The notes: a model not told the origin generated them from the letters alone. DNA of 64,000 nt from Candidatus Aenigmatarchaeota archaeon (GCA_016213555.1 JACRAC010000011.1:8841-72840), one strand, 5' to 3'; positions 29,553 to 39,125 are shown, counted from the first letter of the stretch. Translations and numbers: made by a program.

Positions 29553-30727
29553 TAAACCACATTGTGGGAGAAAATTTAAAAGGTTATAATTTGAGCTTTT
29601 TTATCCATTATCTTTACAATAAACAGATGTACGATGTTATTATTGTTGGTGGGGGTATAGCTGGATCTGTTCTTGCAGAAAAATTGATTAAGAATGATTT
29701 TAATATACTTGTAATAGAGAGGACTAAACGATTAAAGAAAGATAGTGGAATTGTAGCTAATAGAAATATTGGAAAGGTTATTCCTAGGGGTTTTATAGAA
29801 CATCGAATAAATGAGATGACTTTAGTTTCACCTTTTGGATTGTCTGCGAAAATTAGAACAAAAAATCCTTTTGCTTATATAATTGATAGGCAAAAACTCA
29901 ACAAATATTTTCTTAGTAAAATAGCTGGATTGATTGTATATGACCATATAAAGGATGTTGTTTGGGAAGATGGTTTTGTATCTGTTATAGGCGATAACAA
30001 AACATACTATGGTAAAATGATTATTGGTTGTGATGGTGCCAACTCTATTGTAAGAAAGAAGATGAATAAACATGATGGTTTTTATGCGGATAGTGATATT
30101 GTTTTTGGAGCTTTGGCTTTTGATAAAATAAAAACAGACTCTATACACGTATATTTTAACAAGCTTTTTTCTACTGATTTTTTTGCTTGGAAAATACCCC
30201 AAAACAACGAGTATGGTCTGATGGTTGGGAAGAGGCCAATGGATTTTTTAAATCATTTTAAGAAAAAATTTGGGTATGGTCTTAATGATGTTTTGGTTTA
30301 CCCAATGATAATAGGGTGTAAAAAATCTTATAGTGATAGATGTTTATTGGTTGGAGAAAGTGCAGGGCAGAACAAACCTATAACAGGTGGGGGTATAGAT
30401 CTTGCTATTGTTTCTGCTTACTATGCTTTCACTACAGTACTGGCTGCTTTTAAAAATAATAATTTTAGCTCTAAATTTTTAGAATCTTACCATAATATGT
30501 GGTATAAAGATTTTGGATCTGAAATAAATAGACAGATGTTTTTGAGGAAAGTTTATATGAAACTTAATAATGAGCAGATTGATGACTTGTTTAAAATTGT
30601 TAAAGATGATTTAGAAAAAACAGATTATATAGAAGACTATATAGAACTTAGCAATCTTACAAGAAAACTATCTTATAGTAGATTATTTTTATGGTCTTTG
30701 AGAAATTTTGGAACAATTATCAAATAA
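29546..30727 (+). CDS. Geranylgeranyl reductase family FAD-dependent oxidoreductase (start probably at 29627, MYDVIIVGGG)
   Basis: Dinucleotide-binding YDVIIVGGGIAGS, GCDGANS motif, ~365 aa core typical of digeranylgeranylglycerophospholipid reductase. Confidence 0.8.
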   Translation: MTLNHIVGENLKGYNLSFFIHYLYNKQMYDVIIVGGGIAGSVLAEKLIKNDFNILVIERTKRLKKDSGIVANRNIGKVIPRGFIEHRINEMTLVSPFGLSAKIRTKNPFAYIIDRQKLNKYFLSKIAGLIVYDHIKDVVWEDGFVSVIGDNKTYYGKMIIGCDGANSIVRKKMNKHDGFYADSDIVFGALAFDKIKTDSIHVYFNKLFSTDFFAWKIPQNNEYGLMVGKRPMDFLNHFKKKFGYGLNDVLVYPMIIGCKKSYSDRCLLVGESAGQNKPITGGGIDLAIVSAYYAFTTVLAAFKNNNFSSKFLESYHNMWYKDFGSEINRQMFLRKVYMKLNNEQIDDLFKIVKDDLEKTDYIEDYIELSNLTRKLSYSRLFLWSLRNFGTIIK

Positions 30728-31792
30728 CTATATGTTTACTTGCTTCCATTCTCTTGTTGAGAAGTCTACTACAACTGGTTTGAACTCATTTAGCAAAGAT
30801 CCTGAGTTTACAACAGTAATTGATTTGTAATTGTTTACAAATGGTTTATGGTCATGACCATAATGAACTATATCTGGGACTATATCTAATGCTAGAAAAT
30901 CTTCTTTTAACAAACAATCTCCCAAATGTCTTTTTTTCAACATAGACAAATCAAAATCATGTATCATTAAAATATTGATACCTCCTATGTTAATTATTGA
31001 TGGGTTGCTTAACGATATTATATTTTCTTTTTTTGGATTAAGTGGTAATTGTGGATAGTCATCTTCTACATCCTTTTCTCCTGGTATAATAAAAACTAGT
31101 TTATTATCACAATACTTTTCTAACTTTTCCAGATCTACAACATCTCCTGCAATGAAAAGATAGTTTATATTTTCTTGGTTAAACCATTGAAAGAATTTTT
31201 CTATATCTGATTCTGGTGATTCGTTCAAATGTAAATCTGATATAAAACATCCTTTACCGTTTCCTCTTACTGGTTCTCTTAGAGGAACATCTGGATATAT
31301 TATTTTTTTGCCGTATAGAATCTTTCCAGATGGGATTGTTTGAACCAGAACTACATCATCTAAATCACATTTTACAGGATCATCAAAAGATATTGTTACT
31401 GATCCTGTTTGATCTTCTACTTCTACAAGTGTTTTTTCTCCTTCTTTAATATCTTTAACCATACCTATTATGTAGATGTCTTCTCTTGTTTGTGTTATTT
31501 TGTTTATAGATATGAATTTTTTGTCTATTCTACTTGCTAAAATATCTTTCATTTTATTGAATTTTGAGTTAAGATACTCTATCTGATTACAGGTTTCTTT
31601 TTTTGTTAAGTTTTTCACTATTTCATATCTTTTAAGAAATGTTATGTGGTTTTTCAATACAATTAGGTCTAAATCTCTTTCTAATATATTTGTTACTTCT
31701 TTATCTGAAAACCCTTCTAGATAAGACAGTGCTTCTGGTGATATTAACTTTTGTCTGGTAAAAAATAGTCTAACTAATTCTTCTTTTTTCAT
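30728..31792 (-). CDS. DNA polymerase II small subunit (DP1)-like / B-subunit-like protein: OB-fold + calcineurin-like phosphoesterase with degenerate motif III
   Basis: N-terminal region + OB-like segment (IYIIGMVKDIKEGEKTLVEVEDQTGSV) then PDE motifs I SDLHLN, II AGDVVD, III IIPGEKD (GNHD degenerate), V HYGHDH; directly downstream of orc1/cdc6 as in cdc6-dp1 arrangements. Confidence 0.55.
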   Translation of the reverse strand: MKKEELVRLFFTRQKLISPEALSYLEGFSDKEVTNILERDLDLIVLKNHITFLKRYEIVKNLTKKETCNQIEYLNSKFNKMKDILASRIDKKFISINKITQTREDIYIIGMVKDIKEGEKTLVEVEDQTGSVTISFDDPVKCDLDDVVLVQTIPSGKILYGKKIIYPDVPLREPVRGNGKGCFISDLHLNESPESDIEKFFQWFNQENINYLFIAGDVVDLEKLEKYCDNKLVFIIPGEKDVEDDYPQLPLNPKKENIISLSNPSIINIGGINILMIHDFDLSMLKKRHLGDCLLKEDFLALDIVPDIVHYGHDHKPFVNNYKSITVVNSGSLLNEFKPVVVDFSTREWKQVNI

Positions 31793-31833
31793 AAAATCAC
31801 TTAAACCTTGAAAAATTTAAAATTAGGATAAAA

Positions 31834-33087
31834 TCAATAAGAATTGATTTTTAACAAAATACCTTCTATTTTTGCTATCATCTCCTCGTTTACTGCAAAC
31901 ACAACTTCTCTAAGTTTACCATATCTGCCTCTAGAAGATATTTTTGTGTTTATTATTCCCAATGTTTCATACTCGTTGACAAGGTCGCATACTCTTCTCT
32001 GTGTTAGTGGATTGAGACCATTATTTTCACAAAGCTTGTTGTATGATTTGTAAATATCGCTTGTTAATATTCTTGAATCTATCCACTGTCCTTTGCTTGT
32101 TTTTCTAAGAGACATCATACTCTCTAACACAATTTGTGAATGTCTTGGTTGTGACCTTACTATTTCAGTAAGTTTGTCTGTATTTATTCTCTCTTTAGCC
32201 ACATCTAACTGAATCTCTGTTATTGTGGTTTGGCCTGATCTTTCGCTTATTTCTGCGGCGACTCTTATAAGGTCCAAAGCTCGGCGAGCATCACCATGCT
32301 CTTGGGCAGCTAGAGCAGCGCACTTGTTTAGTACACTATCATCTATTGTGTTTTCATAAAAAGCATCTGATATTCTCAATGATATAATGTCTTTTAACTG
32401 CTCGGCATTGTATGGTTTGAATATTATTTCTTCTTCTGCTAGAGATGAACGGACCCTAGGGTCTATTTTTTCTGCAAAATATATGTTGTTTGTTATTCCT
32501 ACAACTGAGATGTTTGAATCTGATCTTGATATGTTGTATAGGAACTCGTCTCCTATTTTATTTACCAAACAATCTATCTCATCAAAAACCAATATTATGT
32601 TTTGTTTTGATGCTTCTTCAAAAAATTTCTTATATAAAACATTGGTTGCTATTCCTGTTTCTGGAACTAACACATCAAACTCTTTTAATATCTGAGAAAG
32701 TATCCTATACTCTGTATCAGATACTTTTTTCATCTTACAGTTTATGTATATTGTTTTATACGTATTATTGGAAATTTTTGAGAGCTGTTCTAATATATAT
32801 TTTATAGTAACTGTTTTGCCGCAACCAATACCTCCATAAATAAAAACATTGCTAGGTTTGTAGCCTTTTAATATAGGAGCTAGAATAGATGATATTATTT
32901 CTATCTCAGTGTCTCTATGCACTATAGTGTTTGGTAGGAAGTTTGTTGAAAGAACTTCCCTGTTTTTAAATAAAGACTCTTTATACAAATAGTTATTAAA
33001 AATGTTTTGTACTTTATTATCCATCATTTCATTGACCGTTATTTCTGATGGAAGTTTAAAGGAAATAGACCCTACCAAACTACTCAC
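31834..33087 (-). CDS. cdc6: Orc1/Cdc6 replication initiator
   Basis: AAA+ Walker A GGIGCGKT, Walker B ILVFDEID, sensor motifs, C-terminal winged helix; 417 aa. Confidence 0.9.
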   Translation of the reverse strand: MSSLVGSISFKLPSEITVNEMMDNKVQNIFNNYLYKESLFKNREVLSTNFLPNTIVHRDTEIEIISSILAPILKGYKPSNVFIYGGIGCGKTVTIKYILEQLSKISNNTYKTIYINCKMKKVSDTEYRILSQILKEFDVLVPETGIATNVLYKKFFEEASKQNIILVFDEIDCLVNKIGDEFLYNISRSDSNISVVGITNNIYFAEKIDPRVRSSLAEEEIIFKPYNAEQLKDIISLRISDAFYENTIDDSVLNKCAALAAQEHGDARRALDLIRVAAEISERSGQTTITEIQLDVAKERINTDKLTEIVRSQPRHSQIVLESMMSLRKTSKGQWIDSRILTSDIYKSYNKLCENNGLNPLTQRRVCDLVNEYETLGIINTKISSRGRYGKLREVVFAVNEEMIAKIEGILLKINSY

Positions 33088-33413
33088 CCCAAATTAAATA
33101 TTTTAATTGTCTAAATAGAAGATTTTTAGATCTTATAAGAGACAAAAACAAACAATTTTATAAACCACTATAAAATTGCTTAACCTTTTTTGTATTAATT
33201 GGTATATAAAGTGTGTATATTTTAGAACAAATATATTTGAAAATGGTTATGACCCCTATATTTCTTTTGGAAACTACTATATAACAATATATTTAACAAT
33301 GTTATAGGAAATAGAGGTAGTTGTAAGAGAAATTTTAATTAAAATAGGTATTTTAAAAGAAATATAGGTTGTTTGTTAGTAGTTTGAAAATATTTTCTAA
33401 AAATTAAAAACAA
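33088..33413. promoter_or_regulatory. Candidate replication origin (oriC) / orc1 upstream region with ORB-like repeats and inverted 11-mer pair flanking an AT-rich stretch
   Basis: 326-bp AT-rich non-coding region immediately upstream of orc1/cdc6. CCTATATTTCT at 33254-33264 and its reverse complement AGAAATATAGG at 33359-33369. ATAGG cores at ~33256, 33306, 33345, 33364. A TGGAAAC half-ORB at 33270. Confidence 0.5.
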
Positions 33414-33815
33414 TTATTCCAAAAGAAATTTTAAACCATATACCCTCAGACCGTTTTCATTTAACATAATTTTTCTAAATGTAATTGAGACTTCTTTATC
33501 TACTAATCCTTGTGGGTTTTTTTCAACATCTTCTATATCTACACCAGTTATTTCACCAACTATCATAGGACCTTCTTCCAGTTTTATTAATGCTGTGATA
33601 TATGGTGCTTCAAATCCATCTGGTGCTACTCTAATTATAGTATCTGAATATATTTTACCCTTTCCAGATAAACCAAATTCCTCTAGTTTTTGACTATCAC
33701 AGGAAGGACAGTTTTTCCTATTTGGAAATATAACCAATCCACAATCTAGACATTTTTTACCTATCATTTTATATTTTTCTTTATTCATTCTCCAAAATAC
33801 GGGAACTGATAACAT
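33414..33815 (-). CDS. DUF35 OB-fold/zinc-ribbon scaffold protein of the archaeal thiolase/HMG-CoA synthase complex
   Basis: CLDCG...CPSC rubredoxin-like ribbon followed by OB fold; downstream of thiolase and HMGCS. Confidence 0.75.
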   Translation of the reverse strand: MLSVPVFWRMNKEKYKMIGKKCLDCGLVIFPNRKNCPSCDSQKLEEFGLSGKGKIYSDTIIRVAPDGFEAPYITALIKLEEGPMIVGEITGVDIEDVEKNPQGLVDKEVSITFRKIMLNENGLRVYGLKFLLE

Positions 33816-33826
33816 TTTAACACCGT

Positions 33827-35014
33827 TTAATCTTTACCTAATACATGGATTACTGAGGTAGTTCCTATACCACCGATGTTTAAGGCTAAGCCTTGATTGA
33901 CATTTTTTAACTGGTTTAGGGAATCTCCTCTAATTTGTTTAGTAATATCTATTAATTGACGTACACCAGTAGCTCCTACTGGATGACCTATTGATTTTAA
34001 TCCACCAGTTGTATTTGTAGGTATTTGACCGTCTAATTTTATTTCGCCTTGTTCTATAAACTTACCTCCTTTACCTTTTTCACAAAACCCTAGATCTTCT
34101 AAGGCCACCAACTCATTTATAGAGAAACAATCATGAACTTCTGTTACCCCAATGTTTTTCATATTTACTCTATCTTTTTCAATTACTCTCTTAACTGCTA
34201 GTTTTGTAGCATCTAATTCTACTATAGATCTTCTGTTAAAAAATCCTATTCTATCTGTTGCCGCAGAGCTGCTTAGTATCCAAGCTACATTATCTAACTT
34301 ATTTTTCTTAATAAATTCTTCTGAAGCTATTATTACAGAAGCAGCACCATCTGTTATTGGTGAACAATCTAAGGTTCTTAAAGGATCTGCTATAAGTGTG
34401 GATTTTTCTACATCTTCTATAGTAATCTCTCCTCTAAACTGTGCATAAGGATTTTTAACACCGTTTTTGTGGTTATTTACTGAGATTAAGGAAAGTTGGT
34501 TTCTTGTTGTTCCAAATTCTTTCATATGTCTTCTAGCCATTAAGGCATATAATCCTGTAAATGTAAGGCCTGCTAAAGATTCCCATTCAAAATCACCTGC
34601 TTCCATTAAAGCGTTTAAAACATGATTAGAATCAATATCAGTCATTTTTTCTATTCCTAATACCATTGCAACATCCATTTCACCAGATTTTATTGTGTGA
34701 AACGCATGTCTGAATGCAAGAGCTCCTGAAGAACAAGCACCTTCACAACGAACAGCTGGTACACCTGTAATACCTACATAGTCTGATACTAAAGATCCTA
34801 AATGGCTTTGTTTTGCCATTGATCCTGCACCCATGTTCCCAACAAAAAGACCCTCTATATTTTTCTTGGTTATATTTCCTTTTGTCTGAGTATCAAGATC
34901 TTTGAAAACTGCGTTACCCGCATCTACAGCTAAATCTCTTAAAGAATGTTCCCAAAGCTCACCAAATTTACTTTGTCCAACTGCAACTATTCCTACACGT
35001 GTCATAACAATCAA
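33827..35014 (-). CDS. Acetyl-CoA C-acetyltransferase (archaeal thiolase)
   Basis: 395 aa thiolase fold with catalytic Cys region (VRCEGACSSGALA), C-terminal GHPVGATG and catalytic His/Cys region. Confidence 0.88.
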   Translation of the reverse strand: MIVMTRVGIVAVGQSKFGELWEHSLRDLAVDAGNAVFKDLDTQTKGNITKKNIEGLFVGNMGAGSMAKQSHLGSLVSDYVGITGVPAVRCEGACSSGALAFRHAFHTIKSGEMDVAMVLGIEKMTDIDSNHVLNALMEAGDFEWESLAGLTFTGLYALMARRHMKEFGTTRNQLSLISVNNHKNGVKNPYAQFRGEITIEDVEKSTLIADPLRTLDCSPITDGAASVIIASEEFIKKNKLDNVAWILSSSAATDRIGFFNRRSIVELDATKLAVKRVIEKDRVNMKNIGVTEVHDCFSINELVALEDLGFCEKGKGGKFIEQGEIKLDGQIPTNTTGGLKSIGHPVGATGVRQLIDITKQIRGDSLNQLKNVNQGLALNIGGIGTTSVIHVLGKD

Positions 35015-35096
35015 CCAATCTCTAGTTCTTCTGTAGAGAGTCTTTTAATAAAAAGGTCAATATCAACACCATATTCTTGAAACACATCTACCATAA

Positions 35097-36167
35097 TTAT
35101 TCCCTCAATAATTTTCCTCTTAGTTTTACGTATGTACCGTAGTCAACGTATTTTTTGTTATTAATATAATCTATGGTCTTTTTTCCTAATTTTTGAGCTT
35201 GTAGTATTTTGTTTGTTATCATAAATGAAAATGAATCTGATCCAGAACCAGAACCGTAAGATGTTACTAAAATTCTTTCACCTGGCTTTGCACTGTCTAA
35301 AACAGATGCAAGTCCAATAAGAGAAGCACCTGAATATGTATTTCCTATCTTTGGAACAACTAAACCTTCTTTTAATTTTGAAGCATCAAATCCTAAAATT
35401 TTTGCAGCTCTTAAAGGAAATTTAGCGTTTGGTGTATGAAAAACAACTTTATCAAAATCATCAATTCCAAGAGAAAGCTTTTCCATCAACCCTTTTGTTG
35501 CGTTTGTAACGTGTTTAAAATATGCAGGCTCTCCTGTAAACCGAGCTCCATGATTTGGGTATTTTTTCCCTTCATTTCTCCAAAAATCAGAAGTATCTGT
35601 GCCAAAAGAATATGTACCTTCTAACTCAGCTACAGGATCTTTACCAAGTATAAACGCAGCAGCTCCAGAACCAGCAGTATATTCTAAAGCGTCTCCAGGT
35701 TTTCCTTGTGCTGTGTCTGCACCAATAGCCATACCATATTCTATTTCATTTGATTTAACAAAAGCATGACAAATTTGCATTCCTGCTGATCCAGCTTTAC
35801 ATGCAAATTCTAAATCTCCCATAAATATTGTTTTTTCTTTAAAAGTGTTTCCAAAAGCGCTGCTAAAGCCTAATGCCTCTGAAACTACAGTGCTTGATGG
35901 ATTTACTGCGTATGGATGACTTTCTGACCCTATGAATAAAGCTGATATTTTAACAGGATTTATTCCTGCCCTTAAAATTGCTGTTCTACCTGCTTCAACA
36001 GACATTGTTATTGTATCCTCATCAGAACCAGCAATAGCTTTTTCATCTACTCCCAATCCTTCTAAAATTGGTAAGGCATCTCTTCCCCAAATTCTAGCTA
36101 TTTCTTCTATCTTTATTCTAAATCTAGGTACATATGATCCCCAACCTACTATTCCTGTTTTATCCAT
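35097..36167 (-). CDS. Hydroxymethylglutaryl-CoA synthase
   Basis: 356 aa, initial GIVGWGSYVP, catalytic region FDMEFACKAGSAG-like, HTPN...; gene order HMGCS-thiolase-DUF35. Confidence 0.85.
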   Translation of the reverse strand: MDKTGIVGWGSYVPRFRIKIEEIARIWGRDALPILEGLGVDEKAIAGSDEDTITMSVEAGRTAILRAGINPVKISALFIGSESHPYAVNPSSTVVSEALGFSSAFGNTFKEKTIFMGDLEFACKAGSAGMQICHAFVKSNEIEYGMAIGADTAQGKPGDALEYTAGSGAAAFILGKDPVAELEGTYSFGTDTSDFWRNEGKKYPNHGARFTGEPAYFKHVTNATKGLMEKLSLGIDDFDKVVFHTPNAKFPLRAAKILGFDASKLKEGLVVPKIGNTYSGASLIGLASVLDSAKPGERILVTSYGSGSGSDSFSFMITNKILQAQKLGKKTIDYINNKKYVDYGTYVKLRGKLLRE

Positions 36168-36351
36168 GTTTAATTCACCAATAGCTTGGTTTAGAACATT
36201 TTTGTAAATCCCAGCTACAATAGAATAAGAACCTCAGAAAAGTATATAAATTTGATAACCGGCTTGTAATACATGTATTACATACTATATTTATAATCAA
36301 TCTCAGCAACAAAAAAAGATATATACAACTTGATATAAAAGTTAGTATGGT

Positions 36352-36372
36352 CAAATGAACTAAGTTCATTTG
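36352..36372. repeat. Perfect 21-bp palindrome CAAATGAACT-A-AGTTCATTTG in divergent promoter region (HMG-CoA synthase / DUF95 gene)
   Basis: Read directly from sequence; 10-bp arms, 1-nt centre, ~35 bp upstream of the 36407 ATG. Confidence 0.6.
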
Positions 36373-36406
36373 TATTTTCAAAAAAATCTTATATAAGGTT
36401 TTAGAA

Positions 36407-37225
36407 ATGGTATTGGAAGCTATATTGAATCCTAAAAAAGCTGAAGACAAGCCATGGCTTGTATTTTTTATAGCTGTCATACTATCTTTTCTTGCTATAT
36501 ATATTTCATGGGTTTTGTTTCCTTCACAAGCTTCTATACTTTCTGTAGCTTTTGTTACTATATTTTTTGTGCCTTTTTTTCAAAGACTTTTCAGGTTTGA
36601 AGAAAAAAAAGATGAGCTAGCAGTAAGAAAACATATGAAGCATGATAGTATATTTAAAAGACATCAAAAAGCCTTGTATGTTTATGGAGCATTTTTTATT
36701 GGAGTTATCCTTGTCTACAGTGCTGTATTTACTTTTATACCTTCTATGAGAGATGTTTTTTCACTGCAGTTAGAATGGTTTAAAGGGTCTTTTACTGGAC
36801 AGGCTGTTGAGGCAGGTAATTTTGCAAGATATTTTGTTAATAATACACAGGTCATGCTGATATTTTTTATATTATCAATAGTTTTTGGGGCTGGAGCAGT
36901 TTTTATTCTAAGTTGGAACGCGTCTGTAATAGCTGTTTACTTGGGAATTGTAGTAAATAAATTTATACCTGCTTTAGGAGTATCTACAGCTTATGTGTAT
37001 GGATTTACTATTGGTGCTGGCTCGATAATTTTCCACGCCATACCAGAGATAGGAGGATATTTCTTTGCCGGCATAGCAGGTGGAGTCCTCTCTATTGCCC
37101 TGCTTAGAGAGAAATTTATGTCAAAAGAGTTTAAAGAGGCTGGTAAAGATGCTATGGTGTGGTTTGTTCTTGCAGAAGTATTAATAATAATAGGAGCTCT
37201 TATAGAATCCAGATTTATAATTTAA
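36407..37225 (+). CDS. Integral membrane protein, DUF95/SpoIIM-like
   Basis: 272 aa, ~6 TM helices; weak family resemblance only. Confidence 0.35.
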   Translation: MVLEAILNPKKAEDKPWLVFFIAVILSFLAIYISWVLFPSQASILSVAFVTIFFVPFFQRLFRFEEKKDELAVRKHMKHDSIFKRHQKALYVYGAFFIGVILVYSAVFTFIPSMRDVFSLQLEWFKGSFTGQAVEAGNFARYFVNNTQVMLIFFILSIVFGAGAVFILSWNASVIAVYLGIVVNKFIPALGVSTAYVYGFTIGAGSIIFHAIPEIGGYFFAGIAGGVLSIALLREKFMSKEFKEAGKDAMVWFVLAEVLIIIGALIESRFII

Positions 37226-37770
37226 TTTAGACAGTTTTCTAAGTTTTGATGTACTTCTTCTAGAAAATATTTATATTGACTAGGAATATCTTTTTCTATT
37301 ATTTTTATTTCATCTTTCTTTTTATCTATCCATCTTATAGGATCTTTTAGATGTTTTGCATCAAAAGAATTATCATACATATCTGCAAGTCTTATTATTT
37401 TTACTTGCCAAGGCTGGGTTTTTAATCTGGATAAATATTCCGCATGTCTTTGATCTTTTGATAATCTACTGTCTATGCTTAACCCAGAGACATAGTTTGC
37501 TACATTTTCTCCAAATCTACCTGATATTTCATCATAATCTGTTTGAGTGTCCTCTATAGTATCGTGTAAAAGAGCAGCAGCTAGAATTTCTGGATCATCT
37601 ATTTTTAATTTTGTTGCTAGTATTGCGAATATTCTTAATGGATGTACTACAGATGGTGTTATACCATCTTTTCTTGTCTGGCCATCATGACAGATAAGGG
37701 CAAATCTCATAGAATCTCTAACTTTTTTGATATTGTATATTTGATCGTTTACAACAGACATAAATATCAT
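37222..37770 (-). CDS. Small alarmone hydrolase-like HD-domain protein (Mesh1/SpoT-hydrolase family)
   Basis: FALICHDGQTRKDGITPSVVHPLRIFAILA...AAALLHDTIEDT...IIRLADMYDNSFDA is collinear with the RelA/SpoT HD hydrolase domain and metazoan MESH1 (H..GQ.R.., HP, AALLHDxxEDT, KLAD..N); 182 aa single domain. Confidence 0.75.
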   Translation of the reverse strand: MIFMSVVNDQIYNIKKVRDSMRFALICHDGQTRKDGITPSVVHPLRIFAILATKLKIDDPEILAAALLHDTIEDTQTDYDEISGRFGENVANYVSGLSIDSRLSKDQRHAEYLSRLKTQPWQVKIIRLADMYDNSFDAKHLKDPIRWIDKKKDEIKIIEKDIPSQYKYFLEEVHQNLENCLN

Positions 37771-37779
37771 CTAATTCTT

Positions 37780-39096
37780 TCACTCTCCTCTGGCCAACCT
37801 AATATGAGATTCTGCAAGTTCGTATGTGTTGGCTTGTGCACATAACAAATTTAGATCTTGTGCAGTAACAGCTGCTGCGATAATTTCAGCAAGCTTTCGT
37901 GCATTATCTCCTGGTGATATTCCTGCTCCTGCGCATCCAATAATATCCAGACATTCTTTGGCAGTTCCAAATTCAGTACCTCCGCCTAGTGTGGCAACCT
38001 CTAAACACGGGAGAGATGCACCAAAAGCAAGATATTTTTCACCGTCTTTTTCTATTATTTCAGCATCAATGAAGCAGCTAGAACTTTCTGTAAGCTGTGC
38101 ACAATCTTGTCCTGTTGCTACAAAGAAGGCTGCTATTGTATTTGCTGCATTTGCATTGAATCCAGAGGTCGTTCCTGCAAGCGCAGATCCTCTGTAGTTT
38201 TTCAGATAATTAAGTTTAGCAACAGTTTCAGCGTCTATACCAAAATGTTTTTTAATTAAACTAGCTTTTATAAAAATCTCAGTTTCAATAGATTTACCAC
38301 GACCAAATATTATATTAGTATGTGTTGCTTTTTTGTCTGAGCACATGTTTGCAGTAAGACTTCTTATTTTAACATCTGGATGACGCTCTATAAGGGCCTT
38401 TATGGCATTTGCAGAATATTTTGTAGCAGAATTCATTCCCATTGAGTCGCCGGTTTCAAAACCAAATCTTATATGTAAGAAACGACCTTGTTGAAAAGGT
38501 ATCATTTCTTTTACAACAGATACTTTAGATTCTTCTTCTGCAGCTTGTTTTAGAAGCTTATACAAGTATCCTTTGTTTTTTATTTCATCATAAAGCATCT
38601 TGGCTTCTTTTATATCAGAACATTCTACTAACGGAGCTCTAGTCATACAATCTTTGACAACAACGGTATTTACTCCACCAGCTTCATTTAGTATTTTTAT
38701 ACCTCTGTTTATTCCAGCAATTAATGCTGCTTCATTGGTTGCTAAAGGTAGAACAAAGTTACCTTTAGCATATTCACCATTTATTTTTAATGGAGTTGAG
38801 ATACCTAAAGGAGTTATACAACCACCTATTTGTTGTTCAATGCCAGTTGTCTTTGTTGAACTATGATTTTTACAAACTTTTACGTAAGCATTTTTAATAG
38901 AAGGAAATGTCTTACCTGTATTATTTTCTATAGTTTCTAATCTCCATTCTGTTGCTAATTTGTTTGACAGCTCCCAGTTATTACAGGATTCGAATATTTT
39001 TTCTTCTAGTAAATAAGGTTTTATTTTTCCTAGTTGAAAGTCTTTTTTAATAGATTCTAAAACTTTTTCAAGAGCCGGCTCTTTTAGATCAGTCAT
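37780..39096 (-). CDS. hmgA: HMG-CoA reductase (class I type)
   Basis: 438 aa, DSMGMN motif, GTEFGTAKE... region, C-terminal His catalytic region; mevalonate pathway context. Confidence 0.9.
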   Translation of the reverse strand: MTDLKEPALEKVLESIKKDFQLGKIKPYLLEEKIFESCNNWELSNKLATEWRLETIENNTGKTFPSIKNAYVKVCKNHSSTKTTGIEQQIGGCITPLGISTPLKINGEYAKGNFVLPLATNEAALIAGINRGIKILNEAGGVNTVVVKDCMTRAPLVECSDIKEAKMLYDEIKNKGYLYKLLKQAAEEESKVSVVKEMIPFQQGRFLHIRFGFETGDSMGMNSATKYSANAIKALIERHPDVKIRSLTANMCSDKKATHTNIIFGRGKSIETEIFIKASLIKKHFGIDAETVAKLNYLKNYRGSALAGTTSGFNANAANTIAAFFVATGQDCAQLTESSSCFIDAEIIEKDGEKYLAFGASLPCLEVATLGGGTEFGTAKECLDIIGCAGAGISPGDNARKLAEIIAAAVTAQDLNLLCAQANTYELAESHIRLARGE

Positions 39097-39125
39097 TATA
39101 AAATACTAGGAGGAAGACATTTAAG

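Noticed and set aside
30728-31792. Considered annotating the calcineurin-like protein as Mre11
   Set aside because: The phosphoesterase domain is C-terminal, preceded by ~180 aa including an OB-like segment (DP1 architecture). Mre11 has the PDE domain at the N-terminus and is normally next to rad50, which is absent here.
36175-36480. 101-aa minus-strand ORF
   Set aside because: Overlaps the divergent promoter region and the start of the 36407 plus-strand gene. It is hydrophobic low-complexity and probably not expressed.
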